The notes beneath the pieces are model-generated. The model searched no databases, was not told the DNA's origin, and was given only the letters and a program-made list of their open reading frames with translations. Made by a program: the position numbers and the translations under genes. This document shows positions 57,601-64,000 of a stretch of DNA of 64,000 nucleotides, piece by piece (position 1 is the stretch's first letter; each line of letters starts with the position of its first letter). Source of the DNA: Paraspadella gotoi (Eukaryota > Animalia > Chaetognatha); the NCBI GenBank assembly GCA_051294375.1, contig CM119270.1, positions 2,495,484 through 2,559,483 of the forward strand, written 5' to 3'.

Positions 57601-58979
57601 TTCACAGTGGAATTTTCCGGTCACCGATCACGGAGGAAGAAGAAGGGGAGGAGAGCAGGGAAAGTTGTGCGGTGAGAGGGAAGAGGGAAGAGGCGTAGAG
57701 TGGAGGGAGGGGATGGAGGGGGAGAGAGAGGGAGAGGGGAGGAGAGAGAGAGAGGAGAGAGAGCTAGCAGAGAGAGAGAGAGAGAGAGAGATGAGTAGAG
57801 GGTACGAAAGAAGGCGCGAAAGGGAGAGGATGGAGGGGGAGGGAGAGAGAGAGAAGTACATAAGGGGCGGCGAAGGGAGGGGATGGAGGGAGAGAGAGAG
57901 AGAAGACGAGAGAGAGAGAGAAAGAGCGAGAGTAGAGGAGACGAGAGAGAGAGAGAGAGAGGTACACGAACAGGAGGGAAGGATAAAATGGAAAGCGGCG
58001 TTCAGAGAGAGAGAGGTTGGGTTAATCTGTGGTTCGGAATGAGTGATGAGGGAGTGATGGTTGGAATTATAGCGTAGAGTTGGTTAAGACTAATACGGAG
58101 GAGGAGGAGGAGGAGGGGGAGGCAGAAGAAGAGGCAGCCAGAGGAGGCGGAGGCGGATATATGTGCAGAGAGAGAGAGAAGAGAGGGAGAGAGAGAGAGA
58201 GAGACGAGAGAGAGAGTATTTTGAGTACTTCGTGGGGTGGTGTGACCAGCCTATTTTCCTATGTTAATGAGGTGATAAGTAAGTAAGACTAGATGAGATT
58301 TATGTATTCGTTTGCATGAGTGTTAGAATTGATGGAACGTGAATGTACTTATGTTCTGTATGATATGAATCGATGTTTAGCCTGGTATACATTTACAAGG
58401 ATTGTAAGAATGTGAAACAGATCGATACTAAAACTAGCGACCCACTATTTTAAATATGCCAATCAGGTTACAAAGCTTTGGGAAGGTAAGTTTAAAATGA
58501 AGAGCGCTTTATCCTGCTCCAAAGATGCCTCACCATCTGGACCGGAGCCACTTCTATTTATTGGCTTTTTTTTTTCTTCCTTACACTTTTTCCCTCTCTT
58601 TCAACTCATTCTCTCTCTCTCTCTCTCTCTCCTCTCTCTTATAAAGTATAAAAACGCTAATTTTCGAGAACCTGGATCTTTCTGTCTGGGTCAATAAGTC
58701 CACAATGCCAGTGTCAGGACGATCAAATAAATGTATGTGAAGGTTGTTCCAAAACCTTTAAACATTGTCAATTGTATGATCAATAAATCACTATTATTTC
58801 CATGTTCATTTCAATTAAATACTCACTATCTGGCACGTGAGCAAATGACCGTTTTCATGAAAACCGCTATTTTGTTGAAATTAATCCCCGCCGGCTCCCG
58901 CTTCCTCCTCCAAACGTCCTATCGCCAAAATTCTAACTGCCTAGAAAAACGCGTTGATTAAACAATGGTAACTAAGTAC

Positions 58980-59699
58980 AAAACGCCGTCACGTAACAAC
59001 GCTTAGGACTATTGGCACACTCCCCCCGGTCGACCCTTGACCATACACCGGAATAGTCATACCATGCGGAGCCGCTCTTCGCCCGTCGGCAATGTTTAAA
59101 GGTTGCGATTGTCTGTTCATGACGACCAGATGGAACAAATCCGGTCTCCTCCCCCCGTTTCCGGTCGTTCCCCGTCGCCCGATCTGCGTTTCGTCCCTCG
59201 GTTCGCTTCCCTTCGCGTCCAGGCGTCTCAGCGTCTCCAGTCGTGCCCCCATTTGCAGGTAAATGGCGTCGGCTCGCTGTTGTCCTTCGTCGCCAGCTAC
59301 GCCCGTTCTTTCGCCATTCGTTGATTGCGTCGCTCGGCCTCGTCACCTTGGACACGCCTTGATCATATTGTGATGTTCTCGTTTTCTTTGGATCGACACT
59401 CTGCGTCATCCCGGTTCGAACCACGGTCGAAGCGTCTCGTTCCTCTCGCGGCGGCGCCCCTCGTCTCCTCGACACGCCTGGGGGGCTTCGCCGGACATCT
59501 TTTTCGTTGAAGGCTTTCGTGAGTATCGAGATTCGGGTCTCCGTGGCGTCTCGGCATCATCACCGCGTTGATCCTTCGTTCTCTTCTTTCGGTCTTGGCA
59601 TCGTCTCTTTTTGCGCACTTCCGGTTCGTCGACTTTGGCTGAACCATGTCTGTGTGGTGTGTGTGCATAACGAGTGCTTTGTGCAGTTCGAAACGCCAT
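58980..59699 (-). CDS. Hypothetical protein fragment (MAFRTAQSTRYAHT... QRADAIYLQMGARLETLRRLDAKG...), frameshifted
   Basis: GC-rich block beginning at ATG 59699 (CTTATAATG), with overlapping ORFs in three frames and a candidate short intron at 58941-58979 following. Confidence 0.3.
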
Positions 59700-59988
59700 T
59701 ATAAGTTCTTTACTCGCGGCAGATTCCTCCCCCCTTTTTGCACTCAAAAATTTAGTTTGTTTGTTTTTTCAGGTCACTTTTTAAAGTAAATTGAATTCGA
59801 TTATGACACGAACAATGCGATAGTAATTATGAATAAAACAAGCAATTTTAATCATTTTTGATTCGCACCCGTACCGAACGTTCTGCCTGTCACGCTCAAC
59901 GTGGCCCTCGTCAATTAACATAACTAAAAACGTAACGACTATTTTTTAAATGGTTTTATTAATGTATTTAGTTTATGTTCGTCCGAAT

Positions 59989-61337
59989 TTAAATTCTTTC
60001 TTTTTCGAGTTGAGTCTTTGGCCCAACTTGGGTAATTTTCTCGTTCCTTTGGGGGCCGGGGGGGGGGGGGCGGTGGTGGTGCGAAGGCGGCGGGCTGGTT
60101 GGTGGTGAGATGCCGTGGTTGAGCCTTGGTAATTTTTTGCTTCTTGAATGGGTGTCCGCTTCCTTGCTCGTGGCGGGCGATCTCGTCAAGGATTCTTTTC
60201 CTGCGCGTTGGTCCGAAACGGGTCGAAAGTCGTGGCTTTTCTGTGCGACCGGGGATCTTGGGTAAGGGAGGATAACTTCTCTACGTCTGTCCTGTAGTTT
60301 CCCGGGCAAGCTTGAGCCAGGGCTCCTTCGTATTTGCTCGTTTTTTTCTCGCCCTCCGTTCCTCACTTTTTCAGCTTATTTCTGCTCATTCTTTTTTTCT
60401 GGTTTCTTTTCTTTTAAATTTTTCTTTTAATCCTCGATCTGTTCTTCCTCAGTTCCCGCTTTTCCTTCGAACTCGCCTATTCCGTTATTTCTTGGTGTCT
60501 TCCTCTTTCCCTCAACTCCATATGCCCCTCCTTTACCATTCTCTCCCTCTACTTCGACTGCGATCACGCGTTTGCCGCTTGGCTTGCCCGCGTAGTTCCT
60601 TCGTTCACTTCTTTACGTTATTTCTCGTTTGTCGCCGTCGTTGTGTTTGTCGTCTTCGCGTATTTCACCGCCGGATTTGCGTCGTCGAAAACTTACGATC
60701 GTTGTCGGACGTTGTTGAGGTCGTCGTCGTTGCTGGCGTCGTCGGATCTTTGGCGTTGTTCGTTGTCCGTTGTCTGCGCGCTTTCTGCGTCGCCGTCGGC
60801 CTCAACATTTCTCGTTTTTTCTCAAAGCAAGTCTTTTATCGACGCCGCTCCTGGATGCATTTCGATGAGATCTTCGAGTCTTTCTCGTCAACCCCGTGCT
60901 CTGGGCTCTGCGGTTCGTCTCCATCCTTTTTTTGATTCTTAAATCATGGTCTTCTTTTCCTTCGGCCCCGCACGACGGTTCTATGAAGTATTTTCATGTC
61001 GCCGGATCCGACGGACGATGGGGCCACGCTGAAGTCGGTAGCGCTTCGTCCGGTGAGGTGGCAACTCCGTTCGTTTAAGAAACTGCGACGTGAAAATCCT
61101 GTCTTCCGGGTTCACTTTTGTTTTTGTTTCGTGCGACCGGCGTCGGGCACGACGATCTCGTTAATTGAGGTGATTCCCGCGATCGTCTCCAGCTGTGTGC
61201 TCGCTAAGTTCTCGTAGCGAATGGAAGGCGCCGTAAACTGTTCTTTCTCCCTCTTCTGTTGGGTTTCCACCACATCGGTACTTGTCTCCATCCAGTAGCC
61301 CGTAGTCGTTGGGTTCGAGCCCCGATCGAAGTTCCAT
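59989..61337 (-). CDS. Hypothetical charged/low-complexity protein, broken by several frameshifts or stops
   Basis: ATG 61337 in ACAAAAATG context, protein-like pieces in alternating frames, TAA at 59991-59989 with AATAAA ~30 nt downstream. Confidence 0.3.
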
Positions 61338-62236
61338 TTTTGTTTTAAAGTCAACTATTTAATGTTTAATATGGTAATATGTTTATTTTGCTGACTTTCG
61401 ATTTTCATTTTTCTGTAAGGAGTGGTTAAGCATATGCGGTAATCAATACTAATTCATGCAACGGCTCCGGATATATTTGATTGCAGTTGTATACACGATT
61501 TAAAGCTGACATTGTTTCTTTCTTTTATTTCTCTGTAAACAAAATATCTCAGTCCTTCGAACGCGTTTTTCCTTTTCTTCCTTGGGTTTTCTTTCTTTTA
61601 CTTCTGCTCGAGCTGGTCCGAAATTTGATTGCCGTCCCCAATCGGTGCCGTTGCATGCTCTTCCACTGCTGGCCGTGACTGCTGGATTCTCATCGGCTTC
61701 GTCTGCTAAAGGCGCAATCCTTGTCCGTTCTCGCTTCTTCCGGACTAATTGTTCCACGTAGAATGACGGACCATCAGTTTTGTACGGGTGCATTGGTCGC
61801 CATCGATCTCCACTTCGTTCTCCAGTTCGCGGGGCATGTCCTCTTCCTTTCTTTGTCGGATTTTTCTCGATGGGTTCTCGTTTCTTACGCCCATTGCTTT
61901 TAATGTTTCGTAGTGGGTTGGGTGTGAGAGAACTATCGCTAAAAATATTTAAGATGGACGAGAGGAGTAAAAAAAAAAAAACAAAAACGAATAAAAAAAA
62001 AAAACAACAACGAGACACCGAAAGTTCGTCGTCCTTTTTTTTTCCCCCCTTCGTCCTTCTTTTCTTCCGCCTCTTTCATTGCGGGAAATGGACGCCTGAG
62101 TCGGTCAGGTCGATCTCGTCTGGCTGAAAATTGAAGTTCCCGTTTGCAATAATTTTTTTACTTTAATAACTGTTGATTGATAATACATTTTGAATTGTGG
62201 AATTTGGAATTCAGGCGTGAGCTGGGTTCCAATTAA

Positions 62237-62753
62237 TTATTTATCTTTTCTTACGCTTTCTGTCGGTCTCCGGTACGGGGGTTGAGGTGTAGGTGGTTGG
62301 GAGGTAATACACCTCCTCATACCGGAGTCGTCTTCTAAATCATCGGGGCGACCTTGCCGCCCTTCGTCGTCCTCTTCTTCGTCGTCATCTTGTCGTCGTC
62401 GTATGGCTATGACCGATGCGGGGAATGCTCGTTCCCCGTCCATCCCCTCTGGTGCCGGCCGGCGGCGGTCCGTAGCTGCTGAAGCAGCTTCTGCGTTGGG
62501 GGCCGCTTCTGTGGCGTTGTCGGCGGGCGTCCGTCGCTTCCGGGTGCGGCGTTTTCGGCCGGGAGCCGCTCTGCGCGTTTTCGGCGGCGTCCATGGCTTG
62601 CCGTGCGGGCGTTGTGCGCCAGTGGCCCGATTCGCGGTTGGGCGGTGGCGGCGTTGTTTGGCGTTGTGCCGGCGTTCGGGGCACGACGGTGGATGGTGTG
62701 ACGGCGGCGCCATCGACGGGTGCCGTCAACCCGGATTTCACGGAGTCCGACAT
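62237..62753 (-). CDS. Hypothetical P/A/T/R-rich then acidic protein (MSDSVKSGLTAPVDGAAVTPSTVVPRTPAQ...DDDEEEDDEG...RKDK*), with at least one frameshift
   Basis: The GC-rich block starts exactly at ATG 62753 (TTATAACATG) and ends at TAA 62239-62237. Two overlapping ORFs in the track cover it in different frames. Confidence 0.4.
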
Positions 62754-64000
62754 GTTATAATAAGATTTCTTGGGGAATTTGAATTTTATCAAAAATATAT
62801 ATGTCATAATTATCGACACATTCAAATAATTTTGATGACGTATATAAGAAAAACAACTTTTTTCCGATTAAAGCGAGGTGTCATTTGTTTTTAGTTTCTC
62901 GTTCCGCCATTGGTCCCGCATTTTCTCGGAAATGCTCTTTCTCATCGCCTCCCGAGCCTCGTTTCAAACCTTCTTGCTTTCTCCGTAACTTTTCGAAATT
63001 ATTATTTGGTCTTTCTTTTCTTTCAGAGTCTGGTACTGTCGAATACCGTGTCCGGAATTCGACAGCCATTTTCTTACGTCCATGTTTTTTTCTCGACTTT
63101 TAAATGAGTGTTTATTTCGTTCATTATCGTGAACGGGTTCAACACAATTTTTCTGATTTCCAGTTAATTTATTCGTAAATGAGCTTTTTCAATATTTTTT
63201 ATGCTGTTGCATAATGTCCTTCGTTATTTTTGCAGAATGTTTTGCCTCCCGCTTTCTAAACGTCCGGGCCATTCACTCCCGGAAATTTATCTCCAGCGAT
63301 ATCGTTCGGATTCTTTCGTCGAGAGGTGAGCCCATGTATATAGTATTGTAGTATATTCCGACTCCATTCATTTCTGATTTGATTCCGTCTCTCCTTATTG
63401 ATCTTCTAGGGCTGTCCGGGTGCGTCCCTCGATGGGGCTCGACTTCTTTCTTGATTTGGCGAAATCCCTTCGTCTCGTCATCGGTAGAGTTTTATTTTTG
63501 TTTCGTTTTTTTGTTCGAGTAACATTTTTCTGGTAAATTAAACCAATTAAAAAAATACGCTTTTCCGCGTTACCAAGTTTTTGGACTGGTTCATGGTTTC
63601 TCTCATAAGATGTCCGGGTCTATTCTGGGTATTTCTTGCCCTTCGTATGATGTCTATTTTCTTTTTGAAAGGTCCAGACAAAAAAAATTTTTTTTTCTTG
63701 ATTCTTTTTTTTAAATCTGACTTCTTATCCATCAGTTCGTTATAATCTTTCTGTTTTCGAAGTCGCTTCTAGCTTTCTTTTTCTTTTTTATGTCTTGACC
63801 GTACTTTTTTCGATTGCTCCTTGGTGGAAGTGGGTAGGATGCGAAACATCCTCATAAGCGCTTCAACTGATTGGCGGCGTGCTGTCGACCTTTCAAGCAC
63901 CACTCCTTGTCCTCTCTGCGGAAATCAGCCTACTTTTTCTCTGAAATTAATTTAACGATCGATAAGTATTATTTTCTCACCATTGGTTTTTTCTTGATTT

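Larger units (their letters stand above)
58700..64000 (-). other. Gene-dense, microsatellite-poor island of co-oriented, frameshifted coding-like blocks of unknown origin
   Basis: GC-richer blocks that are A/G-rich on the minus strand, separated by short AT-rich spacers. ATGs in A-rich context at 63083, 62753, 62188, 61337, 59699. Minus-strand AATAAA at 63111-63116, 61382-61387 and 59955-59960. Confidence 0.55.

Noticed and set aside
60024-60037. 13-nt match (AATTACCCAAGTT, minus strand) to the nematode SL1 spliced leader
   Set aside because: Partial match inside a coding-like block, with no following donor or Sm site; likely chance.
61939-62018. Transmembrane-like segment CCFFFLFVFVFFFLLLSSILNIF in ORF 61500-62018
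   Set aside because: Translation of a poly(T) tract ending TTTTTAG; more likely an intron or low-complexity spacer.

Overview
Eukaryotic (probably invertebrate animal) draft-assembly window, rich in microsatellites ((GA)n, (GTC)n, (AAAG)n), with no obvious CpG depletion and many N gaps that often flank GC-rich sequence. Much of 1-28.5 kb is not independent biology. It consists of noisy and clean copies of the same loci (an inverted copy, an insertion-rich direct copy and a ~6 kb tandem duplication) bounded by exactly 25-N gaps, which points to long-read gap filling. The best-supported gene is a minus-strand, transcription-factor-like gene. It has a TATA box at ~38.94 kb, a Q/H/P-rich first exon (38451-38841) and a 6.7 kb phase-1 intron. 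Exon 2 reads ...PTPPPPSPTFEPGRRRRR before entering an 814-N gap that probably hides the DNA-binding domain, and coding sequence resumes at 30824-30626. Its downstream splice donor is repeated in a tandem array of in-frame 30/33-bp units. Upstream lie an RFX X-box cluster and a PHO/YY1 motif cluster. The last ~5.3 kb (58.7-64 kb) is a compositionally distinct, microsatellite-poor island of tightly packed, co-oriented, frameshifted minus-strand coding blocks with candidate 38-44 nt introns; it may be viral, transposon-derived or foreign DNA. No rRNA, complete tRNA, CRISPR array or recognisable transposase/reverse transcriptase was found. Most entries in the ORF track are repeat or gap artefacts.
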